Source: Callorhinchus milii (taxonomy: Eukaryota). Taken from it: a DNA stretch of 64,000 nt. Both the position numbers and the translations under genes were made by a program. Shown piece by piece: positions 1 through 12,445 of the stretch; position 1 is the stretch's first letter; each line of letters begins with the position of its first letter. Below the pieces are notes generated by a model. That model was not told the DNA's origin and did not search any database. It saw nothing but the letters and a program-made list of their open reading frames with translations. The stretch spans positions 75,270,001 to 75,334,000 of the forward strand of contig NW_024704742.1 of the NCBI RefSeq assembly GCF_018977255.1, read 5' to 3'.

Positions 1-158
1 AACATTTTTATGTGCCATGTACTGCAAACTAAAATAGTGTTATTTATCTGTTCCATAGTGAAACTTGAACAAATAGCAGCAAAGGAGAGGCAAATGCAAA
101 TATATCAGCTCTCAGTTGGCTGCTGCTCCACATGCTCAGACAAAACCAATTGCTGACA

Positions 159-410
159 TAGAATCAATCATAGAATCATAGAATTACACAGCACAAAAGG
201 AGGCCATTCAGCACATTGTGTCTGTGCCGGCTCTTTGAAAAGAGCTATCCCATTCCTCCGCGCTCTCCCCATAGCCCTGCAAACTTGTCCTCCCCAAATA
301 ATTATCTACTTCTCTCTTAAAAGTTATTATCAAATCAGCTTCTGCCACCCTTTCAGGCAATGCATTCCAGATCTGAACAACTTGCTGTGTGAAAACATTT
401 CTCCTCACTT
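159..410 (-). mobile_element. CR1-type LINE 3' end
   Basis: The - strand encodes the ORF2 C-terminus (FTQQVVQIWNALPERV) and carries an (ATAGAATC)-type tail at 159-185. Confidence 0.75.
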
Positions 411-454
411 AGGCAATCTTCAGAGTCATTTTCTTCTAGTTATATGGTGAATTT

Positions 455-735
455 TTGTTTTAGAGATTTAAGATAATTAGCAAAAGAACCAGAGGGGAGA
501 TGAGGAAAACATTTTTTACCCATAGAGTTGTTATGATCTGGAACACTGGCTGAAAGGGTGGTGAAAGCAAATTAGTAATAGCTTTCAAAAGGGAATTAGA
601 TAGGTACTTAAAAAGAAAAGATTTGCAAGGCTATGGGGTAAATGCGGGGGAATGGGATTATTTAGTAGCTCTTTCAAAGAGCTAGCACAGGCACAAATGG
701 CCTCCTCCTGTGCTGTAAGAATCTATGATTCTATG
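455..735 (+). mobile_element. CR1-type LINE 3' end
   Basis: Same ORF2 C-terminal region and a CTATGATTCTATG tail, in the opposite orientation to the previous copy. Confidence 0.75.
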
Positions 736-839
736 CTATCACTTGCCATCTCTCCTAGGCTCGACATCAAGCTCTACTCTTAAGCGCTCTGACAAAAACA
801 ACTTGCACTTATTTAGCACCCACGTGAAGGGTTGAAGAG

Positions 840-1545
840 ACTGCCTTTACTTGTCTCTTCAAACGGTTTCTCCTCCCGCCCCCACCCGGTCACCTGTGTC
901 ATACCCCATGCATCAATCCTTGGCCCCCTCTTCTTCCTCATCATCATGCTCCCTCTTGGCGATGTCATCCGCAGACAACTTCCACGGGTATGTGGATGAC
1001 CACAAATCTACTTCCCCTCCTCCAGCTGCGACTCCAGCTCCGGCAATGTTCTGTCAGCTTGTCTGGCAGAAATCAGGGCCTGGATAAGCTCAAACTTCCT
1101 GCAACAAAGCGTTGACAAAACAAAACCATACACCTTGGCTCCTGTTAACCTCTTCTATCCTGCGACTCTGAGCTCTTCAACCTCCTCGGCCTATCCCTCA
1201 GATTCTTGAGAAGCCTTGGGATGTCCTCCCGACCGAAAATCCCTTCATACCCTGGCACTGCCTTACTTCTCTGACTGGCTTACTCCCCAACCATTACCCG
1301 CTGCCTCGACTCGATGGGCTCTGGCCTCCTACTTATCCCTCATGCCCTCCGTTTCACCATCGGTGGCCGTGCTTTCAGCCACTATGCATCGAAACTCTGG
1401 AACACTCTTCCTCTATCACTCCACCTAGCCCCTTCCTTCCCCATCCTAAGACCTTCCTCTTCAACCTTGCCTACGGTCACCTTCCCCCTCCGTCTGCTCG
1501 GTGTTGTCCTCCACCACTGTCAAGCACCCTGGGACACTACCTCTT
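840..1545 (+). mobile_element. Decayed L2 LINE fragments
   Basis: RT remnants and the L2 ORF2 C-terminus ([19 protein letters not shown]). Confidence 0.7.
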
Positions 1546-2448
1546 GGCGATGTCTTGGGGTGCTTAACAGTGATGGGTCTTGATGCCAGAGAGCCAGAGC
1601 CAGGGAGAGTAGGAGAGGTACCCAAGGAATCTCATTGATTTTGATGGCTCTCAAGGTGGTATTTTGAATTGTCACAGTGTAAAAGAGCAAATGCTTTGGA
1701 GGCTCACAGATTGATTGGAAAGGATTCTGCTTACGTGAGAAGTATGTGGACTAAATTGTGGCTTTCCATGAGATCACAATTTGTGATAAAGCCCAAGGGA
1801 AATCCATAATAAATAATCATTTTTACATGTGATATTGCACCATTCATGTTTAGGAGGATGTGTCAAAGAGCTTTACAGGACTTAATGATTCAATGATAAT
1901 AATCTTTTTATTTGATACAGTGACTTTCATGTCAGGAGGACGTCACAAAATGCTTCACAGGATATGTGCAAAGTGTAGTGACTGTGTACTTCATACAAGC
2001 TTCCACTTGTGCACAGCATTGTCCTACAAACAGCAATGCAATGAACAATTTTGTCTGAGACATTGTTGCCCAGGACACTGGGAGAATCTCCCTTCTCATT
2101 TTGAGTAGTACCTTACGATTATTAATGTCCATCTGAACAGACAGACGAGCCCCTCAGTTAATTAGCATGTTAACTAGCACTTGATTGTGACTTGACCTAT
2201 CAATGGCTGTTTTATGTTCCTGGATGATTTTTCTGTTGTAGCGCACGGAGAATTCGGAAACTCCTTTATGGAACAGCATGTTGAACATATTGAGCAGGGC
2301 TATAGTCTTAATCCTTGTGTCATATTTAAAATGAAAGAATACATTTCCAGCCAGTCTTTTTTTTTTGGACTTAACAATGAGATGTTAAAGTGACTTGCTT
2401 GAATAATTAATTGACAGATTACTTGAGCAAAGATAATAGTTCGCCAAG

Positions 2449-2770
2449 TAATAATAATAATAATCCTTGCATTTGATATAGCGCTTTTCATGTCAGGAGG
2501 ACATCCCAAAGCGCTTCACAGAACACACTGTAAAGTGAATTGACTGTATATATGTGGGCGAACGCGGCAGCCAATTGCGCACAGCAATGTCCCACAAACA
2601 GTCGTAGAATGAAAATGACCAATTTATTATTGTTTTTGGTTTTGGGGGTATTATTATTAGGCTCTGTGTGGAGTAAGGAAACTTGCCCAAGGTTTCACCC
2701 TTTGCCTGGAATTGAACCCGGGTCTCTCACTTGCAAAGCGAGTGCTCTAACCACTGAGCTACAGGACTCC
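2449..2770 (-). mobile_element. tRNA(Ala)-headed SINE, type A, full length
   Basis: Head GGAGTCCTGTAGCTCAGTGGTTAGAGCACTCGCTTTGCAAG...GGTTCAATTCC (A and B boxes), L2-like tail, (TTA)n end. Similar copies at 17059-17380(+), 35688-36006(-), 44907-45222(-) and others. Confidence 0.9.
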
Positions 2771-3124
2771 AGTAATCTGTTGATGCGAAGTTTCCTCTAT
2801 ATGGCCTGGAAAACATTAGCATTAAGCAGCCTTTGTATTTATCCAGCACAGAAGGTCCCAGACAAATGAGCAGGAGAAAGCTTTTAAAACATGATTTTCT
2901 CTTAAGCAGACTGCATTGTTTAAATCAAATTTCTAATGTTAATTGCAAATGGAATTCACAGCCCACAGCCCCAAGTCCAATACAAAGGCTGAGGAGTAAA
3001 ATAAGTAAAGCTGTCTCCCACATTTTTTAAAACACCATCTTCTCACAGCTATCTGCTTTGTTAAATTTCAGTCACATTGGAAGATAATTGCCCTTCTGAC
3101 TTCTTGATTACTTTCTGTTTCCAG

Positions 3125-3275
3125 ATATCAGATTGTTGTCTTTGTTCTGGTCTACTTTCTGCCATTGGTTGTGATGGCTATTACTTACACCATTGTTGGA
3201 ATCACTTTGTGGGGCGGACAAATTCCTGGTAACACTTCAAATAATTACCATGAACAACTAAGAGCCAAGCGAAAG
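3125..3275 (+). CDS. TACR3: Tachykinin receptor 3-like (neurokinin B receptor-like), coding exon 3 (TM5-ICL3)
   Basis: ttccag|A...AAG|gtatga, 151 bp. Translates [50 protein letters not shown], matching the NK3R TM5/ICL3 motif ([17 protein letters not shown]...YHEQLKAKRK). Not in the ORF track. Ortholog versus paralog is unresolved. Confidence 0.92.
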
Positions 3276-3454
3276 GTATGAGAAAAACTTTCTTTATACT
3301 TAGCATAAACCACCGGTGGTGTTTAATCTTCCAGAATTAACTGCACTCTAGTGAAACAATGAATGATTGTTTGGTGTGATTACATTGAGATTATTGTATT
3401 GGGATCTAATCCAAATATTTAACGAGATTTCAAAATAAGTGTCAACTTTATTAA

Positions 3455-3690
3455 GTTGGTAGCACTCTGAGTAAAAAGGTTGTAGTTTCAGCTCACAGTC
3501 TGAAATGAAACTTCAGTGAATGCTGCATTGTTGGAAGTGCCGCCCCTCAAATGAGACATTAAACCAAGAACACATCTGCCTGTTCAGGTGGATATTAAAC
3601 ATCATATGAGACTATTCATAAAGAGAAGGGATTTTCTCCCTGTGTCTTGGCCTACAAATGTCCAAATCAAATTCATCAGTCATGGCTATT
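3455..3690 (+). mobile_element. Deu-domain SINE fragment
   Basis: Deu-like core (gctgcattgttggaagtgccg...atgagacattaaacc...caggtggatattaaa). Related copies at ~11540-11945, 38580-38940, 46255-47110, 52220-52590 and 61310-61500. Confidence 0.7.
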
Positions 3691-3694
3691 ACTG

Positions 3695-3797
3695 GAATAA
3701 AAAGAGAAGTCACTGGGAACACTCAGCAGGCCAGGCAGCATGTATGGAGAAAGGAAAGTAAGTCAACATTTCGGGTCCACGACCCTTCGTCAGAACC
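3695..3797 (-). mobile_element. Penelope-like terminal-repeat fragment with hammerhead-like core
   Basis: The - strand reads gttCTGACGAaGGGTCgtgGACCCGAAAtgttgac...tgctgcctggcctgctgagtgttcccag. Homologous to 44483-44710 and 63361-63500. Confidence 0.6.
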
Positions 3798-4230
3798 CTC
3801 ATACACGCATTCATAACATCCAGGGTTGACTGTGAAAACTCCTTGTTTGTCGGCCTCCCCAACTCCTCCCTCCATAGGCTGGGGATCATCAAGAACTCTG
3901 CAACCGTAACCTCTCTTGCTCTGTGACCCTATCACCCCAACCTCGCCCGACTTCACTGGCTTCCCATCACACAGAGGATACAGTTCACAATCCTGGTCCT
4001 CATCTTTAAAACCCTCCATGGACTTGCTACCCCCTACCTCTACGACCTCCTAACCCCCTAACAACCTGCCCGCTCCCTCCACTCAACGTGCTCCGGCCTG
4101 CTTCATATCCTCCACCTCACCCGCCCCACCATCAGGCGGACCTTCAGCCACTCTGCCCCCACGCTCTGCAATTCCATCCCACAGTCCCTCCACCTCACTC
4201 CCTCCCCTACTTCAATACCCGTCTCAAGCA
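3797..4230 (+). mobile_element. L2 LINE ORF2 3' fragment
   Basis: Contains LIHAFITSR...LHWLPI...FSHSAPTLCNSIP remnants. Confidence 0.8.
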
Positions 4231-6569
4231 TAAAACTTTGTAGTCTTCTCTCGCACCAGACCCGACCCCGCTTTCATTCCAGAACATAGTTGGATCCTGT
4301 TTGCCCTTTGCCGTGTTGGAGCTGCTCGTTGCTTTCTTCTTTTGGCCTGAAACGGTTATTCTGCTTGGTCAAGCTGACCATGATTGACAGCTCCCCTCCC
4401 CACACAATATTGATGGTGTTTCCATGGTGCTGAATTCTGGCATTTCATCTGTGTTACACATTATTTTAGCAGATAACCGATAAGCAGTAACCAAGGAAGT
4501 AAAGCACGCACAACGACCTGCTGCTATTTTATTTACTATTTTACCAACAAAAGCACAAAAAGTTCATGCCATGCAAATAGAAGTATTGAGATGACATAGT
4601 TAATGAGGTGTCTATTACTCATGTTTATTTACTAATCAAAAAAGCAATTTTACTACATCTGGATTCCCAATTCACCACATGTGGCTCATGGCTAATGTAT
4701 TGGACAATCCTGATCTACATGTTAGACTATAAATCTAATTTGTCTTAAAATTTAAATTTGGTAGCTGTTTTTCCTCAGTTCTTGAAAAAGATCTTCTAAA
4801 TAAAGCTTCCAAATTATGTCTGAATTGAAGAATTTTCTATAATATTGCATGATCTTAAATTTTATGACAAAATGGTCTTACAGGCAACGTCTTGGTGGAA
4901 CTTCAGGTGGATAGGCATAATAGCAAAGATTTATATAGGAAGGCAATCCACTGGAATTTCCCAAAAAGCATAAACCCACAATACTGTCTTAACAATACAG
5001 ATACTCCTTAGTTGTTGCACTGCTGCGTAGGTCTGTACAAAAAGTGTTTGCTTGAAAAGTTCCGAAAATATATATCAAAATTCCAGCATGTGGGTGGGCA
5101 TTATCCCAACACTTTCCACTATCTGGACATCTTGTCACAGAAATCTCACAAACTTTGAGAATATCAACAACAAATTACATTTGTATAGCACCTTTCATGT
5201 CAGGAGGACACTCCAAGGTGCTGGACACTCAGCGATTTTGACCCCAGATGTCCTACAATGTCATTTCTGTCCTTGGGACTGGAAATCAGCCCTGCATTTG
5301 ACACTGGGAGGCTGCTTTCTGACTTATGTGAATATGCTCTGAGCAACTTTTTTTTAAAATTCCCTGTGAGACATCTTGACTCAGAGAAGATTGAGTTTCA
5401 GTGTTTTTGACAGGAATTGTCATATCTAAAAAAAAATCAGATGATAACCAATTCAAGCTTTTCTGTAACACTGAAACGTGTTTCAGCCACTTTACTGAGT
5501 GACATTTAGAGAGTAAGGTTTTCTATGAATGAGCTCAAACTCAAATATAATGCCTCTAAATGGCTTCTCAATCCAGTTCCCATTGGATGTGGTCACAGCT
5601 TAAAGACAACTGCCACATTATTTCACTGAATCAGTCTTCTCACTCATTGAGCTGACAAGGATCCCCTTTCTGTCCTGTTCTCTTGATTGTATTTCTAAAC
5701 ATAAAGATTGCATTTGTGTCAGCAAGAACCTAAAAACAGTCATGATGTGATCTATTTTTTGGTCAGCTAGGTGTCACGTGTGAAAACCCATCACCATGCT
5801 TACGAGTATCCAAACCAGACTGAGAGGTCCATATATGTATGATACCTATACATGGAAATTGTCCTGTGTCTGGACTGGAATATAGTGTCTCTCTATAGTC
5901 AGCCCACTCTGCTGACCTAATTCCAGATAGTATAACTTACAAGTTGCCAAGAGCCAAGGTTTGGAGATCACAGAGTGGATCGGGGTACTGCTGATGTTTA
6001 GCCAGCTAAAAGCGTATCGGTTGACATTGAGAGTACTGTCTTACAAACTTTTCCAGTTAGGACAACCCTACTCATTAGGATTTTGGCTTGCAGGGTTAGC
6101 AGGAGGTGAAAATCCCTGCTCCCAATGACTGGTCTGCCCCTCCAACAGGTACCAATGAGTCAGGCTGACTGGGCTATCATCAGCAGTGCTCTGAGTGCCT
6201 TGATGTGCCTTGAAATAATGGCTCTGAACTGGACTACTGAAAATACCACAGAGGGTTGATTCAATTGTGACATCCCATTGCAAGCAAGTCACCTTGGAAG
6301 CCGCTCAGCTCCAAGTAGAACCTACATTTTTCCCTCTGACATGGAGCTTAAACTCACAATCTATATGTCACCCTGGCTGACATGAAGTTCCTGCAACTGT
6401 ACCAAACTGACTGGTTGATAATCCCAGAGGAATAAGAAAGAACATGGAGTATTAGAGTAATTCAAAGGAAAATAGAGTAATGTGATTCTCCAGCAGTAGA
6501 TCTGAGAGTTGAAATTCCAATTGCCAATTGGTACAATAAGTTTGACACTAGTGAGTTTGACATCCATTG

Positions 6570-7585
6570 TGGGTAAAGTTAGGGAGCATCTGGACAGTAA
6601 TAAAATGATAAAAGACAGCCAATGTGAGTATATGAAGGGGAGATCCTGCCAAACTAATTACTGGTTTTCTTTGACTGTGTGATAATGGAGCTTGACAAGG
6701 GTAAGGCAGTGGATGTTGTATATCTGATTTTAGTAAGGTCTTTGATACAGTTTCTCATGAAAGGCTGGTACTGAAAACAAAGAAAGCGGGAATCAGTGGA
6801 AGTATTTTACAATGGATTCATAATTGGCTGACTGATAGAACCCAGAAGGTGGTGGTACAGGGAATGTCATCGGGCTGGGAGAATGTTACAAGTGGAGTTC
6901 CACAGGGGTCTGTTTTGGGACCTCTTTTGTTTAGTATCTTCATAAATGATCTGGAGCTGGGAGACACAAGCACAGTAGCTAAATTTGCAGAAGACACAAA
7001 GCTAATGAAAATAGTAGACTGCAAAGGTGAACAGGATAGGGAACAGGAAGACCTGAACATTCTTGGGAACTGAAGAGATTGACAGACAGTTCTGGTCACC
7101 GCAAAATTGTAAAACGGATATTGCAGTGATTGAGAGGATACAGAGGAGGGGAACCAAAACGATCAAGGAGATGGAGTGACTGGACTATGACAAGCAATTA
7201 GATAAACTGGGCATGTTCACACTAGAAGAGAAGGTTGAGGGGCGATATGATTACAGTCTTTAAGATTTTGAAGGGAATAGATAATATAGACCATGATAAG
7301 CTGTTTTATCTTGTACTGAGCAGTAGAACCAGAGGACACACCTGCAATTGAAGGGCGGTAAATTCAGAACAAATCTGCAGAAACACTACTTCAGTGAACA
7401 AGTAGTAAACTTATGGAACAGGCTCGCTAAGGTACAGTGGAAGCAGAAAATGTCATTTGTTTCAAGAACAAACTAGATAGATTTCTGCTAGAAAATAATT
7501 TCTCAGGATACTGTATATAATTTGAGACACGATATGTCAAGCGACTGCCAGGATGATGGAAAGCGAACTAGATGGACCTTGGCCT
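6570..7585 (+). mobile_element. CR1-type LINE, RT to 3' end, decayed
   Basis: [23 protein letters not shown]...KFAEDTKL, with frameshifts. Confidence 0.9.
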
Positions 7586-8602
7586 AGAAAATTCTTATGT
7601 TCTTATATAGTGTAACACATGTAAAAACACCTCGTTGTAATGTCCCTGTGGTTTGTGCGTGAGTAAATAGAGATAAATAAATTCCAGCATTTGTAATAAT
7701 CCTATAATAATCCTTGCATTTGGAGATGCGAGACATCTCAAAGCACTTCACAGAATATACTGTAAAGTAAATTGACTGTATATTTTGTGTGTGAAACACG
7801 GCAGCCTATTACTCACAGCAGTGACCAAATTCTTTTTTTTAAATATATTTTTTCAAAGGATTATTATCCCTAGAAAAGTGATCCGCCAATCAACTAACAA
7901 GCGGATTCCTACTTACTGCCAGGTCTTTTCGTTTGCAAGTATTCTACCCACTAAGATACTGGACTCCTATGTATAATAAATAATAATAATCCTTGCATTC
8001 ATTGTAATGCTTTATCAAATCATTGAGATGTTTCAAAGTACTTCACAGCATATAAATGGATTGACTGTGTATTTTGCGGGCAACATTTACGCTGGGCTGG
8101 TAGCAAACATTTTAAGCACTCGAAGATGTTACCTTGCATGAAGGGCACTATATAAATATTGTTGTTGTTGTTTAGAATATTGTCACTAAAGCTTCAATGG
8201 CAGTGGAAAAAAGTTTCCCACCATAGGAAATAAATGTAAAGTGCTCTAGTGGCTTATATGCCGTCTCAATAGTCCTGTGACCGGCAGCAAAATGGTAACA
8301 ACGACAACAGCTTGCATTTATATGGCGCCCTTCATGCTGGGTAGCGTCCCGGAGCGTTTGACAGTGGCGGAATCTGACCGTGAGCCAGGAGAGAGGGAGG
8401 TGGGAGGTGACCATAAGTATGATCAAAAAGGAAGGTGTTTAGGCAGGAGGAATGGAAGAGGCAACACAGAGAAATTGAGGGAGAGAGTTCCAGAGTTTCA
8501 GGGCATAAAGGCTGAAGGCACAGCCACTGATGGTGGAACAGAGGGGACGGGGGACAAACAAGATGCCAGAGCGAGCCGAGCAGAGGCTGCAGGTGGTAGA
8601 GT

Positions 8603-10700
8603 ACAACAACAATAACAACAAAATTACGTTTATAGAACGCCTTTCACGTCGGGAGGACGTCCCAAGGCGCTGGACAGTCAGGGGTCAGGACCCGAGCATG
8701 GGGGAGGGGTGGGGTAGGGGTGAGGGAAGGCAAAGATGGGAGGGCGACCGAAGGCACAATCGAAGAGAAGGAACTTGCGACCGGCCTTGAAGGGGGGAAT
8801 GGAGGAAGTGAGGTGAAGGGACCGTGGGATGGAGTTCCAGAGTGTGAGGGCAGAGAGGCTGAAAGCCTGGCCACCGATGGTAGGGCAGGTTGGGCGAGAG
8901 ACATGGAGCAGGCCGGAGCCAGATGAACGGATGGGGCGGGCAGTTTGGTAGGGAGTCAGCAGGTCAGAGAGGTAGGAGGGACAAGGCCATGGATGGCCTT
9001 GAAAGTGAGGACAAGGATCTTGAATTCGATCCTCTGAGGGATGGGGAGCGAGTGGAATTGGGCAAGGGTGGGAGTGATGGGGTCACGGAGCCTGGTGCGC
9101 GAGAGTACACGAGCTGCAGAGTTTTGGATGATCTGCAGCTTGTGAAGGGAAGAGTTGGGAAGGCCGATGAGAAGGGAATTTCCATAATCGAGCCTTGATG
9201 TGATGAATGCGTGGGTGAGGGTTTCGGCAGCCTGAGGGGTGAGGCAGTGGTGGAGTCTGGCAATGCTGCAGAGGTGGTGGTAGGCATTGTCAGTCATGGC
9301 GCAGATGTGGGGGAGAAAGGACAGTTCAAGGTCAAACAAGACACCCAGGTTCCTGACTGGCTTATTGAGGTTGAGTGTACGGCCGTGGAGGCTGATGCTG
9401 CCAGTGCCTGAGGTGCGGAGGCGCTGGTGCAAGCCAATCAGGAGGGCCTCGGTCTTGCTGACGTTCAGTCTGGAGAAAGTTGGCCCTCATCCAGGACTTG
9501 ATGTCGGACAGGCAGTTGGTCAGGACGCCAGTACTCATGGAGTTGAGGGTGGAGGCAGATGGATAGAGTTGGGTGTCATGCATGTGGAAATTTACCCTAT
9601 GTGCGTGGATGATGTCACCAAAGGGAAGCATGTAGAGGGTGAAGAGGAGGGGACCGAGGACAGAGCCCTGAGGAACACCGCATGAGACGTTGCGGGAGCT
9701 GGAGGAGAAGCCGTTAGCTGAGACGAAGTGGAGGTGGTGTGAAAGGTAGGACCTGAACTAGTCAAGGACAGAACCTTGGAGGTTGAGGTGGGAGGAGAGG
9801 TGGTGGAGGAGGATTAAGTGGTCCACAGTGTCAAAAGCGGTGGAGAGGTCGAGGAGGATGAGGAGGCAGAGGGAGCCCTGGTCACACATGGTCAGGATGT
9901 CATTTGTGATCTTGACCAGAGCAGTTTCCGTGCTGTGGGCAGCATGGAAACCTGATTGGAGGGGTTCATGGAGGGAGTGGGAGGAGAGGAAAGAGCAAAG
10001 CTGGGAGGCAACGGATCTCTCAAGGACCTTGGACAGAAAAGGAACGTTGGAGATGGGCCAGTAGCTGTATAGCAGTGTTGGGTCAAGGGAAGGTTCCTTC
10101 AAGGTGGGGGTGATAGTGGCTGTTTTGAGGGGTGTAGGAGCAGTGCCAGATGACAGGGAGAGGTTGATGATGTCGGCGAGTAGTGGGGCAAAGAGGTGGA
10201 GCTAGGATTTAAGAAGGAGGTCCAGGGAGCAGGTGGTGGGTTTCATGGAGGATATGGTGGTGATGATAGAGGAGGGGGTGACAGGTTCAATGGTGTGGAA
10301 AGGGGGATGGGCAGTGATCGGAATGTGGGGTGGGGGGGTGGAAGTTGGGAGGGCAGTGGCAGCTGAGCGGATTCCCTCGATTTTGGACTCTAGGAAGTCC
10401 AGCATTTCCTCACAGTGGGAGTCGGAGGAAAGAATCTGCGAGGCATGGTGAGGAGGGTGGAAGAGCCGGTTGGTGAAGAACAAGAGTCTGAGGTTGCCCT
10501 TCGCCTCCAGGATTAACCTGGAATAGAAGGATGATTTGGCCGAGGCGAGAGCAGAGCAGTAGGTTTTGATGTGGTCCAGCCAGATGCGGCGATGGACAGT
10601 TAGGCCGGATTTGAACTAAGTGTATTCGGGAGCCCGCACCTGGCCCTTGAGCAAGTGGAGGTGGCTGGTGAATCAGAGTGAGGGTCGGGAATAGGAGGCA
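8603..10700 (-). mobile_element. L2 LINE, 5'-truncated, decayed ORF2 (RT)
   Basis: (CAA)n tail at ~8603-8620. - strand ORF pieces PLQSGF...HSTETAL...LLDLSTAFDTVDH and AFITSRLDYGNSLL. Further L2 fragments run to ~11250. Confidence 0.92.
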
Positions 10701-12215
10701 GTTCGGGAGGTGAGGGGGTAAGGGCGTCGAGTACGGTGGAGTGGGTGCTTTGGAGGAGAGTAAACGCAGAGGATGGGTGCAGGTGGTGGGCCAGAGGGGA
10801 AGGATGTCAGAGGACTCCAGGGCAGCAGAAAGGGATTGCAGAAAGTAGGTGGGTAAACAGATCGGATAGGTAGGGAGGTGCAAAGGCATGAAGGGATTTA
10901 AAAACGAGTGAGAGGATCTTGAAATTATGGATAAGGGTCTCAGCAGCCCAAAGAGGAAAAGGGTAGTGGTGGAGATGGGCAATGTTCTGAAGCGGGGGGT
11001 GGGGGGAAGTGGGGGAGCTGAACAGGTCAGGGCATGAATGTAGCGTTTATAGAACAGCAGAGTCATGCAAGATACCGAGTTTATCCACTAGCACCGTGAG
11101 GTAGAGTGTACATCCGTGTAGATTAATGCTGCCAGCATCTGGGGTGAGATGACACTGATGGGAACCAAACAGGAGAGTCTCTGTCTTGTCGATGTTCAAC
11201 TGGAGAAAGTTAGCTCTCATCCAAGACTTGATGGACAGGCAATTGGTCACATCATACAAGAGCTGAGCTTCTGTAGCACCTGTTGGGCTGCCATATGGAT
11301 AATCTAATTTCTCTTATTCACAATTCAACATTATACCAAAGTAAGATCATTTGCTTTAACTGTCACGTAAGTGAATATCTCCAACATTTCCTATTTGAAA
11401 TCGCTTCTAGCAATAAATGGTTCCAGTGGGAGATAGTATTTAGTTGAGTTCAGAAGAGCTTCACTAGCGAGTGGCAAACAATGTGTAATATTATTATAAG
11501 TTGGCTGCAAATTATGATTGTTGTCATCAGAAAAGATTTAAGCACTCTCAGTCAGAAGGTTGTGGGTTCAAGTCCCATGTCCGGACTTTGGACTTACGTA
11601 ATCTAAACTGATGATCCAATGCAGTGTTGGTGGTTTGTTGTTACATTGTTGGAGGTGTCTTCAGATGCGACATTAACTTGAGATCCTGTTTGCCTGTTTA
11701 GGTGACATTAAAGATCCCATGGCACTACTCAAAAAGAGAAGTTTGTCCCTGTGTCCTGACCAACGAACCCCCACCCCAAAAATAACTCTGGTCATTCATT
11801 TCATGCCATTGTGGGACATTGCTGTGTACACATGGGTTGTCATGTTCGCCATCAAAAATACAGTGACTCCACTTCACAATAAATTGTGTGAAGCACTTTG
11901 AGACGTTTTTCTGATGTGAAAAGGTGTATACCAAATGCAAGGATTTTTAGTATTGCTATGGACAAGACAACAGTTTAACATCTCATCCAATGAATGGCAC
12001 TTCCAACAATGTAGCACATCCCCAGCTCTGTATTGGAGTCTCAGCATAGACTATATGGATTTCAAATTCCGATGTGAGCCTCAAATCCAGGGCTTCTGAC
12101 TCCGAGATCGGAGTGCTATTAACTGAGCCAGACTGATACAAATGTGTGAGGTACCAAATGCATGAGCTTCAATATAACATGTCATCAGGTAATACAATCA
12201 TAAATGGCATCTTGT

Positions 12216-12445
12216 GGAGTCCTGTAGTTTAGTGGTTAGAGCACTTGCCTCGCAAGTGCGAGGATCTGGGTTCAATTCCAGAGCAGGGCAAAACATTAGG
12301 CGAGTTTCCGTACTCCACACATCTGTTTACACAGCAATAAGTAGGAACCTGGTTGACAGATTGCTTTGCAAGTTTTTAAAAAGTATAATAATAATTTGGT
12401 CACTCAATCTACGACTGTTTGTGGGACACTGCTGTACGCAAATGG
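12216..12445 (+). mobile_element. tRNA-headed SINE, type B (CGC anticodon-like loop, extra internal segment)
   Basis: GGAGTCCTGTAGTTTAGTGGTTAGAGCACTTGCCTCGCAAG...GGTTCAATTCC plus a gcartaagtaggaacc segment. Same type at 20700-21046(-), 36838-37195(-) and 7703-7968(-). Confidence 0.85.

Noticed and set aside
2690..2770. tRNA-Ala-like sequences (also ~12216, 17059, 35930-36006, 37130-37195, 45160-45222)
   Set aside because: They are SINE heads: no proper acceptor stem, and they are fused to the SINE body and tail.
4660..4720. Possible hAT-type TIR end (ttggacaatcctgatcta)
   Set aside because: No matching opposite terminus or TSD could be found.
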